The notes under the pieces: generated by a model | The model's database searches: none | Seen by the model: only the letters and a program-made list of their open reading frames with translations | Told to the model about the DNA's origin: nothing | Program-made: the position numbers and the translations under genes | From: Lingula anatina | Lineage: Eukaryota; Animalia; Brachiopoda | DNA: 64,000 bases | Reading direction: 5' to 3' | NCBI GenBank assembly: GCA_051362555.1 | Contig: CM120648.1 | Location: 15,682,587 to 15,746,586, forward strand | Shown: in pieces, positions 1-13,204 of the stretch | Layout: the number at the start of each line of letters is the position of its first letter | Numbering within the stretch: the first letter of the stretch is position 1

Positions 1-363
1 CGGGCAAAAATCGGTGCGTGCGCAGGATGTCATCCATAAAATAAAAAAAGTGTGGCCTTACGAAATCAAAAAAATAATGTGAAGCTAAAAGCAATGTACG
101 ATTTTTGACACTACGTTTATTTATTTAATCATTTTGAGAGAATCATAGGTAAAATGCCGAAAACCTTATTTATATATTGCTGTATGGCATTTAAAATTTG
201 CAAAACCACATTAACAGAGTAAACAATGAAACAAATACACAAATGCAGAGGAAACGGAAAATAAAAAACAATTTAATCAGCACTGTATAATTGATATTAG
301 ATATCAACATTTCAACCATCAACATTATCCACATATAAATCAACAGATCGTTAAATTATCTTA

Positions 364-2769
364 AGGCTGGGTCACACTGCGCTTGCAACCTTTTGGCAAC
401 CTCTTTGCAACCTCAGGAGGTTGCCATAGGTTTTAAAGTGGTCGCATTAGGTTGCAAACAGGTCGCCTGCGATCGTTGACACACGAAGGCCATTTTTTTG
501 CACCGACAACCAGTGCGACTGATAATGAAAACGATTGGTAACTGAGAGGTTGCCTATAGGTCTCCTCTTGGTTGCCAGTAGGTCGCTGTAACCAGACTAA
601 AACCAGTCGCATACCACCTGTAACTGCACGGTCGATTGACGGTCTTTAGTCGCTTAGTTGCAAACAGGTTACTAACCGGTTGCAAGCGGTGGGCAGCAGG
701 TCGCAAGGAGGTTGCAGTTGAAACTTCATGGTCGATTAACGGTCTTTAGTCGCTTGGTCTCTAACAGGTTTCTTACAGCTCGCATGCACTCGAAAACATG
801 TCGCGAGAAGGTCGCAAGCAACCGTGATAAAATAAGCGTAGGATGGTGGCCACTAAATATATGAATATATTTTTCATTTATATCATGCCATTAAGGCTTT
901 CTAAATACCTTGACAAAAATCGTTATTTCTCAATTAAAACGTAGATTGTATTTGTTGTCATCCTTTTAAATTTATTTACAAGGTTTTCATAAGTATTTTT
1001 TTTTTCAATAAAATAAATAAATGTATGAGTCCCTATCAGCCACCATACTTGACTAAAAGTGTTATGAATAGAAGCCGCTGAGCCCGTGTCTTCAGTCCCC
1101 AGTATGTCATCCAACAGCGTGGGAAGGGTGGCCAGAATGTATTTTGAGAAAGCAAATGCCCGTGAAGAAAGTTCTTCACAAAGTTCCAACACAGACTCTG
1201 CTTCCCACGAAGAGGATCAACCGAAAGATGATGAACGCGGAGGAGACAGGGAGGCTAAATTTACTATTAAAGAGGAAGAAGAATTAGTTGAGTTTTTTTA
1301 AGGAAAACGAGTTTTTCTATAACCAACAATTGAAAGACTTTAAAAACAAATCAAAGAAAGTGCCAAAACAATCAATAATGATTATCACAATGTAAACGAT
1401 AAACTGTTATCTTTTTATCCATTCCTATATCATGGCTAATTTTTGACAACTATTGTTGTCAAATTTACTGGAAACATTTTTAATGACTAAAGCAGTCGGA
1501 AATATCTTACTTTTTAATTTGCCAAGTCATAATTTGCCAAGTCACAATGGAAGAAAAATTAAGCAAATAGGCGGGCGCAGAGAAAAAAGTAATTAGCAAA
1601 GTTTGATTCATACTTTTTACAATAAATTTAATTGTCAGGCATTTTAATAACAGTAAAACAGTGTCACCAATATAAAGAAGGTCAAATAAATACAAATTAA
1701 CTTCCTACCAGTACTTAGAATTCGTACCACAAGGACGGAAACAAATTGATGACGCGCAGGATCCTTCACTATTTAATGATGTTGTATTGTAAGTGTAACG
1801 CTTGGAGCTACAAAGACAAAGGGAAAACCACACAATCGGTCGCAAATCAGTTGCTAAGCAGTCGGCGACCTTTTAGCAACCGGTTGGATACCACAAATAG
1901 GCTTTTCGGTCGCCATGAGGTTTTCGGTGCTGCACCGAAAACCGGCGCGACCGGATAGTAACCCAGCGTTCATTTGGAGACCACTTTGCGAGTTGTTGCA
2001 ACTTGTCGCCCACTTTTCTGCAACCGGTGACAGTTGCAAGTCGCAAGGAGGTTTTTTGTTCAGTGTGACCGTAACTGCACAGGCCTTGCGACCTCAAAGA
2101 GACCAAGTATTGAAAAAAGAAACTATGCATGCCTATTATTACATTAATAAGGCTGAAAAAACATCCAAATATGTGTTTTATTACACCACTGGTTTGATAT
2201 AAATGCCAATATATAGTACAAATATATTTCTTATTCATTATTATAAGTTTGACAATATTGGTAGTACAGAAATCGACTGTGACGTTATAACAGAATCTCA
2301 TAGCAGAATCATACTTTAATATTCAAAATATTAAATCATTTGAAGCTGCTACGGAACGGATCCAGTCGTTGTATAATAATGTTTAAAATATTCCCTCTGT
2401 TGTCATCCGAGAGGGAAATTTACGAGAAGGTAGCTATCGTCACAACTTATAAAATATATATAGTCTGTGCAACCTTGCTGCTACCAGTTGGCAAGCGATC
2501 GCTACAGTCCTGCAACCGGTTTTCAGTCTCCAAGTGGTTGCTGACAGGTTCTTTATCGCTCGCCTAACGGTGTGCGACTGGTAACCTCTGACTTGAAGAT
2601 TGTCTGTAAGAGGTTGCAGGTACCATACTGTAACCTTGTTGCAACCGGTTAGCAACTGCTTGCCGATCAAAATATGCAAATTAGGTCGCAAAGTGATCGC
2701 AAGCGACCACCAGATTTTGTGGTTGCAAAGAGGTTGCCAAAAGGTTGCAAGCGCAGTGTGACCCAGCCT
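364..2769 (+). mobile_element. Non-autonomous PIF/Harbinger DNA transposon
   Basis: TIR of about 48 bp, AGGCTGGGTCACACTGCGCTTGCAACCTTTTGGCAACCTCTTTGCAACC from 364, with its reverse complement ending at 2769. TTA target duplication at 361-363 and 2770-2772. Many GGTTGCA/GGTCGC subterminal repeats and an internal MADF-like remnant. Confidence 0.88.
1104..1359 (+). pseudogene. Remnant of the Harbinger Myb/SANT (MADF-like) DNA-binding ORF
   Basis: Reads FTIKEEEELVEFF, then after one extra T in a T7 run (about 1293-1299) continues KENEFFYNQQLKDFKNKSKK, which matches the start of a MADF/trihelix domain. Truncated after that. Confidence 0.65.
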
Positions 2770-2856
2770 TTAGATAAATATAGTTTCAACACAAACAATT
2801 AAGCATCTTTCCAGTGCCTGGCATCCGCACTACAAGAATGACACTGTAAAAAGTAA

Positions 2857-3076
2857 AGCCCCCTTTACACTGGATGGCGTCCTTTCTGCGTCCAACAGTA
2901 CGGCCCCATTTAAGAGTTCAGGAATTATAATATTTTACGTGCCGACAACTGGCCGATCATTGAACATTCATTCTAATACAAAATACAAAATCAATGCTCG
3001 TGTTTCTTTATTAAGACCACAGCGATGCCAAATTTAATGGCCGCAGAAAGGATGCCGTCCAGTGTAAAGGGGGGTA
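2857..3076. mobile_element. Tourist-like (Harbinger) MITE, copy 1
   Basis: Ends AGCCCCCTTTACACTGGA ... TCCAGTGTAAAGGGGGGTA, with TAA on both flanks (2854-2856, 3077-3079). Close copy at 20976-21198. Confidence 0.85.
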
Positions 3077-3099
3077 TAAACGATTCACACTACCTGTTT

Positions 3100-4087
3100 C
3101 GATTTAATTACGTTGTATTGGAAGAGGCAAACGCCCGAGGTTAAAAGACAAAGGGAAAACCACACATTCGGTTGCAAAGCAGTCGCCGACTTGTAAGCAA
3201 CCGGTTGGATGCCACAAGTGGGTCTTACGGTAGCCAGGAAGTTATCGGCACTGCACCGTAAACCGGCGCGACTGGTTATTAAACCAGCGTTCTTTTGGAA
3301 ACCACTCTGCGAGTTGTTGCAACCGGTCGCCGACCTTTTTGCAACCGGTAACAGTTGCAAATCGCAAAGAGTATTTTGTTCAGTGTGACCGTAACCGCAC
3401 AAACCTTGGGGACCTCAAAGAGACCAAGTTTTTGAACAAGATAATATTAAAGAGTATTATAACATTAATAAGGATTAAAACGAATGCAAAATTTTGTTTT
3501 TATTAAAGCACTGGTTTCATTCGGAGAGGGTGTAGTCTTCTCAAAAAATTCACAAATATTGCTGCCTTTATTTTTTTAGGAAGGAAATAAAAACTTCCTG
3601 GTTCTTTCATCAAATGTTTGTAATCGCGTTATAATGGGCGTCTTGCAATCCACGGGCTCACCAAGTATTTCCGAGTTTTGTATTCTTTTTACTTCTTAGG
3701 TAAACAAAGCCAATGATTATAGCAGTCCCGTCTTTTTGAACCGTTTTACTAGATCATTTTTATTTGTCTTGTGAGAGGGGAATTTATGAGAAAGCAGCTA
3801 CATCACAAACTGTCACAAACTGGCAACATATATTCTGTGCGACCTTGCTGCTACCAGTTGACAAGCGATTGCTACAGTCCTGCAACCGGTTTTCAATCAC
3901 CAAGTGGTTGCAGACAGGTTGTTAAATCGCTCGGCGAACGGTGTGCGACTGGTAAACTATAACTTGAAGATGGCCTATAAGAGGTTGCAGATACAATACT
4001 GCAACCTTGTTGCAGCCGGTTTGCGACTGCTTGCCGATCTAGCTTCTTAATGAGCTAAAAGGTTTCAAGCGCAGTGTAACCCAGCCT
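3100..4087 (+). mobile_element. Diverged, 5'-truncated second copy of the Harbinger element at 364-2769
   Basis: Colinear similarity to about 1770-2769. Ends in CAAGCGCAGTGTAACCCAGCCT followed by TTA. Confidence 0.8.
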
Positions 4088-5089
4088 TTACAGAGACTGC
4101 TTTGGGAATTTTCTTTTCTAGGAAACGAGGAGTTCTCCAAGCAAACTCTAAATCGTGTATTTACCAAGCATTCATCATTCAAGTTCCAGATTAAATATAT
4201 GTTAATTCAGAGAGTAAATATGGATAAGCAATAACGTGCTCTGTTTGGCCAGTTGCAATGTATGTGGGAGCACTATATGAGCTCTGCTTTCTAAGAAACT
4301 AGGGATTTTCCAAACAGACTAAATGTATTTACCAAGCCTTTAATGATATGGAGATATAGATACATACATTAGTAGTGTTAGAACACCTGGTTGTAGGTAT
4401 TCATCAGATTGGTGTGAATTATTACTCACCCACTGCTAGGCAGTATATAACAACTAGGACCCTTTTTAAATAACACCCTTCAAAGGTAACCATTTATCGT
4501 AGTTCCATTTAGCAAAATGAGAAATATTAAAGAACGTAGTTTCATTTTACCCGAAAAATAATATTTGAACGGATATTTCAATTATTTGATTTGATGCAGC
4601 TTACGTTGCTTTATGAGATTTTTTTTCCTCCGGGGAAATAAATATACATCCTTCTTGTTAAAAATCTAATTTCGGAAATGATTATGATTATTTTTTTACT
4701 AACAAATAGATGAGTAGGTGTTTTATCATTTTTTTTTTAATTTTTAGATTTAATATTTTGTTTTGAACAGTGCAATCTCCTCACTGAATCTAGAGACTGA
4801 AATAAAATAACACAGAGGTGGACATTTTTCATATTACTCAAAGAGACCGCTAAGAAACGAGGAACTGAGTAACTGGAACACCTAGATAAGATCTGTCCAT
4901 TTTAATTTCAACTGTGCAAAAACATGTATGCTGATTATTTTAAACAAGCTTAAAATAGTTTAAGATTCCCCCCGGACAATTCCACCCCCGCCCCCGAGAA
5001 ATAAAAATTTATATACAAATAAGTAAATATAGCGCGCAAGGGCTATACAAGTAAGTCAGAAGTCAGAAAAAGCATAATTTGTTCACTGG

Positions 5090-5640
5090 ATCTTGACCTC
5101 AGCTCAGAAGCCATTTAGTTCCATTGTTGTACCTGAAACTGTTTATGGTTTACAACTCATCAGAAAAATATACGATGATAATGTGTTGCTCAAAGTGGTT
5201 TCCTCACAGATTGCCTGGTATAGTGACCTGATAAAACCAGTCTGAGGTAGGCAAATGGCCCTGAAAAACGCTTTCTGGTAAGAATCTGCCCCTCACCATG
5301 AGATAAGATTGCTCATGTTTAGACCTATCAGCCAAACCATAAAAATGGGTCATGTTTCTCGGTGGTAAGTTCTAGATGCCTTTGGTGTAGTTTCTACCTG
5401 GGCAGTCAGGGCATACCTCTGTAAGACTTTTTCTTGTGTTACAATAATCTGTTGGGCCTTTGTTTTGTGCCATTTGGGTGCAGAGCAAAAATTCTTCTCT
5501 CAATGCAAGAACTGTTTCACTGACTTAATGTTGCTCAATTTCAAAATTGTGTGTAGGGGCGTTACCGAGATACGTGGGTTTCTTTAAAAGAACCATGCTC
5601 TGTCATATTAATACAAGGCATATCAACAGATCCACAGTAA
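5090..5640 (-). mobile_element. Possible decayed LINE (L1/Tx1-like) ORF2 3' fragment
   Basis: Minus-strand broken reading QGHLPTSDWF...FEH loosely resembles the zf-RVT H..LPT...EH motif. Many stops. Confidence 0.3.
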
Positions 5641-5650
5641 AAGTTAGTTA

Positions 5651-6745
5651 AGCCCCCGTCACGCTAATTCGGTATCAGCAGGAATCAAGAAGAATGAGCC
5701 TGAATGATGAATTTTCAAAATTCGCACCACATTCAGGGAAAAAGTTCAAATTGACCTTAATTCTTGTAAGAGTACTGCTGGAATACTCAGAATGCGCTTG
5801 ACTTCGCCTGGAATGATTAGTGCATTTTCGGCTGTATTAAGTCTCAAATTCAGTTCGAATGTAGAAAACTAGGAATATCTATAATGCTGTCAGAATGCAG
5901 TCAGAATATTTACTGTAGAATATACTTTGATTGGCGTACTAGTGTATTTCGATTGTGTATTTGGTTAAATTAATATTTCAGCTCATTCGATACACATTCG
6001 AAACATTCTGACGGGATTTTATAACCCCGTCACACTAGAGGCGGAATGATCGAAATGGCGTCGGAAATACAATTCTTTGTACATTCCTGGATATTCGAAG
6101 AGCATTCTAAAAATTCCGAGTGCATTCCAAATATTTTTACACATTCTTGTGGCCGGCTCGAATGTTTTGCTCATGTCAAAACTAGCTGCACTATGACTGC
6201 ATTCTAAATATTCTCACGGCATTCCGACAGCATTCGAAACATTCTGATCAGTTACCATTCCAGTGGCGTTTTTATACACTCTGGGCATCGTGTTACATTC
6301 TAAACATGTTAGAAAGTAATTTTAAGTATTTTAGATATTTCAGCTGCATTTTGTTTGAATTCTTTATAATTCAAACCATCATTAGCAGCCATACCGTGAG
6401 CATTTTGATTGCATTTGAGTTCGCATCGTATATCATTCGAGGCACCTTCTTACATACTTCAGCCTGTATTCGGCCAGCATTCAAACCACACTCGTACGGC
6501 ATTTGAATTTCATTCGGAATATTCTGACTACATTCTAACAACATTCGCAATATTCCTACAGTAATCCAACTACATTTGAGAGGTAATTAATATACCTGGA
6601 ATGCGCAGGAATCATTCCAGGCGGGTTCGATGTGCATTCTTAGTATTCCAGAGGCATTCTTACAAGGCCGTAAGATTTTAGGCCAATTTGAAATTCCCTC
6701 CCGATTACGGCACGAATTTTTCAAGTAATTCATTCCGGCTGATAA
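5651..6745. mobile_element. Harbinger-like non-autonomous element with GAATG/CATTC subterminal arrays; right end damaged
   Basis: TTA followed by AGCCCCCGTCACGCTA at 5651, and a second terminus-like ACCCCGTCACACTA at about 6025. The left half is GAATG-rich and the right half CATTC-rich. TATCAGCAGGAAT (about 5673) is inverted against ATTCCGGCTGATA (about 6732). Confidence 0.55.
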
Positions 6746-7039
6746 ATTATAAATTCACTAGGGAAACAACCCAAACAGAAAGGGAAATGAAGGAAAATAT
6801 ATTCATTTATAACTATAAACCTATATTGAATAGATAATAGCATTGGTAAAATTAAGCAATAGCTAAACACCCATTGTTACATACGTCACATTTTAGCCTT
6901 TATAACATCATCTAGTAACAAATAAACAAAACCCCCTGAAGAAAGAAACAGGTCGGGGCAAAATAGCCGCTGTTCTTTTTTTTATTTTTTTTTATTATAT
7001 ATAATATATACTCGTACAGGAAAAACACTTTTACCTTTT

Positions 7040-7072
<33 letters not shown>

Positions 7073-8912
7073 GTTCCCTACGGCACAGATCAAGGTGAAG
7101 AACGGGAGAGTGCTGTGACGTGCGAGACATGTGAATTCATAATATGCAATTGCTTCAAATAAAAATGTGCAGAATACACCCCCAGTGTGCTGGTGGTGTC
7201 TACAATTCAGTATTGCTCATGTAGGTTATATAAGAAATCAAGTTTAAGCTGGCAATACCAAAATCGGGAACCTAGGGTATCCGCATCCTTTCTACAAGTG
7301 AATTTCCTGTCTGCTCAATACTGAAAGAATGTCTGTACATGTAGCATGTAGCATGCGGCTCAAGAGAGGTCAAGTTAACAAATGTTTTTGCAAATATTCT
7401 ATCTTAAAGAATGTGTGGTCAGTTTGAAATAAATGTGATGCATACATGTATAATTTACTATCATATAATGATACTGAGATGTATAAATATACAATATACG
7501 TGTATTTTTGACTGACATATTCTATTGAAAAGTTACAATGTCCGTGTTTAATGGTTCTCGGTTTACAATAATATTCATTTAATTCATGTTTGTGATTCAT
7601 TGATTTTTTGGACCGTTTTATATTGTATATATTTGATTAACGTATACTACATTTCCTAAGGCATAGTGGTTTGTCGTCAATGATTGATTATAATTTCAAC
7701 TAAAAGTCTTTAAATGTTTCTTCTTTGAATTTTTTAAAGTTAATAAAGCAGTGGGGGATTTCAGGAAATGTTTATATTGCCCAGTAGCTAGTTTGCTTTA
7801 TTCTTGATCTTTGAAGGAACGCTCCAGCCTTTCGCAGAATGTATATGAATATGCACAATATATTTATCGTATTTTACCAATGAAGCCTCTTTTGAACATA
7901 TTTATATTATGTTAAATTATATTCATATCCAAAAGTTTCATCTCTCTGTATAAATAGAAGTTGAGAGAAACGTGTAAAGTAGAGAAACAAAATAATATTA
8001 TGAAACACCCTTCTTGCCTTTTGACTTCATCTGAAGCCTAACAGGAATGCAATGAATACTTAACACCTTGATTCGGACAAACTATTCCACGAGAGGGTTG
8101 ACTAATTGTGTTCACTTTCAACCAAAGAAAATTTGAGCAAAGTGTGACGACAACGATTGATTCAAAAACTCGGTTGAGGAGAAAGGATTAGGGTTTAGAT
8201 CATTAACTCTGAGCATTTAACTGAAAGTGTAAAAAGCGCCTGTCCATTTCTCAACACCAGTGACTAGACAGCGGTAAAGTGTGTATTAACTCCACATTCA
8301 AACACTCTGTTATACACGTACATGGACCAAGACAAAGCCATGGGGGCAAATCATCAACCGTGTGCGTGAGCTTCAAATAGATGATGGCCTGTTTTTCCTT
8401 TTACATGTACAATGACAACACATTCAATTGATAAAAAGAACGGTTTAAAACAAACTAGTTGCGAAAAATACGCTAAACATTTATTGTAAACAATTCTGAA
8501 ACAAGGCTGTATAGCGTTCTGGCATTTTAATCTCAAATCTATCGACAAATGATGTTACTGTGAAAAATAATCTTATGCCTTCCTTCATTATTATGACTTT
8601 GAAAGTATTCCATAAGGTTCATAACAATAACTCAAGATGTTTCAATTACCTTGACATTTTTATATTTGGTCTTATTTAAAGGGATAACAACTGATCGTAT
8701 TAGACATATTCCGCAAATGATACATTGTGAGCAATTCATAGAAATGTATCAAAACCCATTATTGACCAAAACGAATAGTTTTGGTTATTTAACCTTAAAA
8801 AGTAACTTGCAAGGTGGCTAAGAGAATAAATATTAAATAAATAAATAAATAAATAAATAAAGACATAGTGGATTCATTGATACCTCTTGGCTTCTTATAT
8901 TCGATGATGGTA

Positions 8913-11107
8913 CTAAGTAAAGTTTTTTCGCAACAAATCATCAGCAAGTTTTGGAAATAACGTCCGAATGAAGATGTAAATTCTGGAAGAAACGGGGACG
9001 CCTATGTATGTTTGATACGCTCTTGTCACTGTTGCTTGAATAATCTCCATGGCAACATCACGTGGGTCGAACATGTGAGAAGAGGAAGCTTTTGCGCCCA
9101 AAAGGGAATTGACTGCCTCCACCGCGTTGTCTGTTCCTGTATTAATTAATTAATTGATTGGTTAAATAAATAGCTAATCACTTAATACCAAGAACTGCTA
9201 TTACGAAAAATATATATATAAAAACAGTACAGGGAATTAAATAATAAATAGTGGCTTATAAAAAGTAATCATTTGCAAAATTAAGCTAAATAATTGATTT
9301 GGGATTTAAATGCCAGAAGGATATTACTGATTTATAAAACTGCTTTCGTTTGAAGAATAATACGTGTGGTTTACCCAAGTCAACTCTCACAATAATTTCA
9401 TTTCAAAAAATAAATGAAAAAAAAATAGCTGTAAATAAGCTACATATTTTGTAATTTTCATATTCCTGCCATTTCAAATGTTGTATTCTAGTGTTGCAAT
9501 ACATCTTACAAGCAGTATTTGGTGTTTTAAGATACAACAATAACTATAAAATCGGTACAGTTGAGGACAAAATTATTAGCCCCAACTGGGAAAATTCTAT
9601 TCCTTTTCAACTAATTTTCAAGCACTTGTTACAGAACAAAAAATTTTAGCACAATATTTTTAAACATACTTGCTTTTTTGGAGGCTAACATTCTTTTATT
9701 TCAGACACAGAAATGTAATTGTTTAACAAAACTAAAAATTCACCAACGTCAAAATTATTAGCCCCCTGATTTTAATTGTGTATCTTTTCTGGTTGATAAC
9801 AGCTAGTAGTCGCTTGTGGTAGTTTTGGACAAGCTTCTGACACACCAACTGAGGAATTTTATCCCATTCTCCTTTGGCAAATCTTTCTAGTCCCATCAGG
9901 TTTGATGGTCTTCAGGTATGGACCTTAGTCGTCAGTTCATCCCACAATTTTTCTACCGGATTCAAGTCCGGTCTTTGGGCAGGCCAGTCCATGACATTCA
10001 CTTTGGCCCTCTGGAGGTAGGTCGTCACCAGTATAGAAGTATATTTTAAGTCTTTGACATGTTGGAAGACGAAACTGACGACCCAAGCCAAATTTTGTTG
10101 CATTTTCCTAGGTGGGGCTAATAATTTGGTCCTCGCCTGTATGTTGGTAATTTTAGAATTGATCGGTTGATCAGTTTAAATTGGAGTAAAATGTTTCCTC
10201 ATGTAACTTACTTGTTAATCCCACGGTGCTCAGTGTGATGGAGATATTTGAGTGTTTTAATTTCAGTTCCTGCCTCAAAACTCCAAAGAAGCCTTGGAGA
10301 GCGTATTTCGCCGTTGTGTACCATGATATATACGGAGTGGCAATATAACCTATAAACATAAAACCCTGTATCATAAAAGTGAGCGTGAGTGGTAATCTTT
10401 CACAGATGAAGGCACTGTTGCATCTTTGTACGTTTATTTAAAGAAATAATAACAAAAAAGTGCACATGTAGATACTTATGCTCAACGAAATATATTTATT
10501 CGACCTTCGCCAGGGAAAAAAACATTTCGAAATCAAATTATTTTGCTACGCAATGTAAAATATAACAGTACTTGTGCCATATACAACAGGCGGGCACATA
10601 ACAAAAGTTAATACTAAACAAATAAACATGATATATTGGTCATAAGCAATGTTGTAGGCAGGGCATTGACAACAGAGACAAATATTTCAATTTGGAAGGG
10701 TAGTCTGTTATTCTGGCCCTAATCTGCTTATGGGGGATAATAATAATAATAATAATAACAATAATAATAATAATAATAATAATAATAACGAAAGTTATAC
10801 TGTACTTAAGGTATCTACATACTGACCCGCCAGAGATGAGACAACTCCAATACGCCCACTACTCTTGGTCAGCAAAGGTAAGGCGTGGGACGCCAAATGG
10901 ACATATGACCGGAAGTTAACGTCCATCGTCGTGGCCAGTTTGGTGAGGTTCTCTCTGGTCCCAAGCCACTCCTCTCTTTTCGCAGACAAAACGTGGTTCA
11001 ACTTCAGTATATCCAAACCTCCCAGTGTTTGTTCTGCGAACTGAAGAATACGGTAAATGGTGATGTTAACTGATAAATGAAGCATGGGTGTTTAGATGAG
11101 GGTGTGT

Positions 11108-11151
<44 letters not shown>

Positions 11152-11256
11152 TTGACCTTGTTTTTGGTGTGTGTTTTTTTTTCAGAAGTCGAAAGGACAG
11201 GGGGTCACGGCCCCCCTGATGTTAACTGATAAATGAAGCATGGGTGTTTGGATGAG

Positions 11257-11296
<40 letters not shown>

Positions 11297-12498
11297 ACCT
11301 TGTTTGTGGTTTTTTTTTTTTCAGAAGTCGACAGGATGGGGGTCACGACCCCGCTGAACCCCCAAATCTGCCACTGCTCGGTAAAGAATTCATGTTTGTT
11401 TTTAAGTAATACTGACGTGATCAATTCCTTAAGCATTTTTCGGTATTATATGTAAATGTCCCTGACAAAATCTCTTGAAGGAGGATTAAACTTGGGAAAT
11501 TCGTATATTCGTGTTAAGGGACTTTCTTCAACTGTTTAGCCGAATTTCTTGCCGAAAAACTGTGTCGTACAGTCATATGGATGCATAATACGGGATCACT
11601 AAGCTTTAACACAAATTTAATCATAAAAATACGGTCCATTATGGAAGATAAAACTGACAGGAGTGTTTTGTATTACCTACTGAGCTTAGACATTTATGTT
11701 TGAATCTGTGGAGAAATTGATACGTAATTTATGAATGAATAAATGAGTAGATAAATGAATCAATGAATGGATGTTTGAACAAACACATATAGATACATAT
11801 AACTATAATTAAATCGATAATTCCACAATAAATTTCATGCGATTTATTATCAATTATATCTTCCAAATTGTTGGTAAAGGAAGTATTTACCTGTATAACT
11901 TTCTCCGTATTGTCCCTGTCTCCCATGTCAGAGACGAGGTACACGTGTTTCGCCTCGGAGATTGGGGACAACGTCTTGCATCCTGATACGACCTTCACAA
12001 GAGAAATACAACCGTAAACGGTACCTTTTTACCTAAATATCATTTTTAAGGCAGGTATTTTTTTACTGTGTTTAATATGCATAAACCACTTGGTTTAATG
12101 TATAATCATCTTATGAATCCTCGTGTCTTTAAAAAGTCGACTTTTGTATTTTATAAATAACAATTATGATGCTGATAATAACAACAATAATAATAATAAT
12201 AATAATTATTATTATTATAATTATTATTATTATTATTATTATTGCTATTATTATTAGTGGTGGTGCCTCTGACCTTCTTCAACAGATGTTCTCTTCGAGC
12301 AATCAAGACAAGGTTTGCTCCCATCTTGGCAAAATGATACGCCATCTGTTCTCCTATTCCAGTTGACGCCCCTGTTATTAGGACATTTTTACCTTTCACA
12401 TCAGCTGGAAAAAAAAAAAACATGAAGAAATTTTGCGCCTAATGCCATTGCAAAAGGAAGAATGGGTTTATTAATTAGAACGGCAAACTAAACAACGT

Positions 12499-12541
<43 letters not shown>

Positions 12542-12727
12542 CTGGAGAGACACTGTGTCACATAAAAAAGACGACATCACGATCATCGGAGGCTTTCCCT
12601 CACTTGCTCACTTAACGTAAAAGATACTACACTTACCGGGGTCAAAATCGTCAACGTACTGCATCGCAATGTACGCAACAACCACTGCAGATAAGGCAAG
12701 CGTCATTAAGGTCAACTTCAGCCCCAT
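8913..12727 (-). CDS. Short-chain dehydrogenase/reductase, 11-beta-hydroxysteroid dehydrogenase 1-like (6 coding exons, about 299 aa)
   Basis: Exons 12727-12637, 12404-12274, 11992-11891, 11040-10827, 10349-10212 and 9136-8913, all GT-AG with matching phases. N-terminal hydrophobic anchor MGLKLTLMTLALSAVVVAYIAM, DDFDP, TGASTGIG nucleotide-binding motif, GGLDILKLNH (LNH is typical of HSD11B1), catalytic SS and YTTAK. Confidence 0.9.
9558..10139 (-). mobile_element. Internally deleted Tc1 element in the last SDR intron
   Basis: TA|CAGTTGAGGACAAAATTATTAGCCCC ... GGGGCTAATAATTTGGTCCTCGCCTG|TA. Inner direct repeat AAAATTATTAGCCCC at 9751 (IR/DR layout). Transposase remnant MDWPAQRPDLNPVEKLWDEL. 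Confidence 0.85.
11060..11376. repeat. Roughly 150-bp tandem duplication with (CT)n tracts, ending in a hAT-type MITE terminus
   Basis: The unit TGATGTTAACTGATAAATGAAGCATGGGTG...(CT)n...TTCAGAAGTCGA occurs at about 11060 and 11217. It ends CCCCCAAATCTGCCACTG. Confidence 0.6.
12187..12255. repeat. (AAT)n/(ATT)n microsatellite
   Basis: Read directly. Other simple repeats: (AAT)n 10737-10788, (AG)n 12503-12538, (ATAAT)n 25365-25424, poly-T 36919-36965, poly-A 60486-60517. Confidence 0.9.
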
Positions 12728-12742
12728 CTTTATCTAAACATA

Positions 12743-13200
12743 TGTAACATGTGTATGTATGATGTATGATTGTGGTTGTAGAGAAGTGCGTTCGTGACTT
12801 ATCGTTTGTGTCCGTGTGTCTTCGTTTCTATATAAAACACGCCCCTCTTTGTTTCGCGGCACATTCGTTTCTTGTTTCTGCCATGTTCACACACAGGTAT
12901 GATAGACTTGATTGGTTTACTTTTCATTTTCTTTGTGTTTAGATTTTGTATTTCTCTAAGTTTAGTTTGATCATTTAAGTGCTTCTCATTTATTTTCATC
13001 CTTATTTAGTTTAGAAATTTAGTAAGTATTTTTAGTTCATTAATGTTATTCATTTAAATTTTTCTAAGTTTGTTCAGTTCTGCATTAAGTTCATTTTATT
13101 TATTTGTAAATTATTAAAAGACATTCGTTTCTTGTTTCTGCCATGTTCACACACAGAGTACACTCGGGTTCGTAAATAAAGTATATTGAGAGCTGTTACA
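12743..13200 (+). repeat. 5' LTR
   Basis: TGTAACA...TGTTACA, with TATAAAA at 12831 and AATAAA at 13175. I saw one difference from the 3' LTR (C12985 vs A20389). Confidence 0.97.
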
Positions 13201-13204
13201 TTTT

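Noticed and set aside
400-4087. Short recurring GGTTGCA/GGTCGC motifs as a CRISPR-like array
   Set aside because: Spacing is irregular and the motifs lie inside TIR elements; they are subterminal repeats in eukaryotic DNA.
12166-12366. Poly-Ile/Asn ORFs, and poly-Phe/Lys ORFs at 36867-37130
   Set aside because: They are translations of microsatellites and homopolymers.
12799-12999. Duplicated 66-aa ORFs (also 20203-20403)
   Set aside because: They are antisense readings of the two LTRs with no coding signature.
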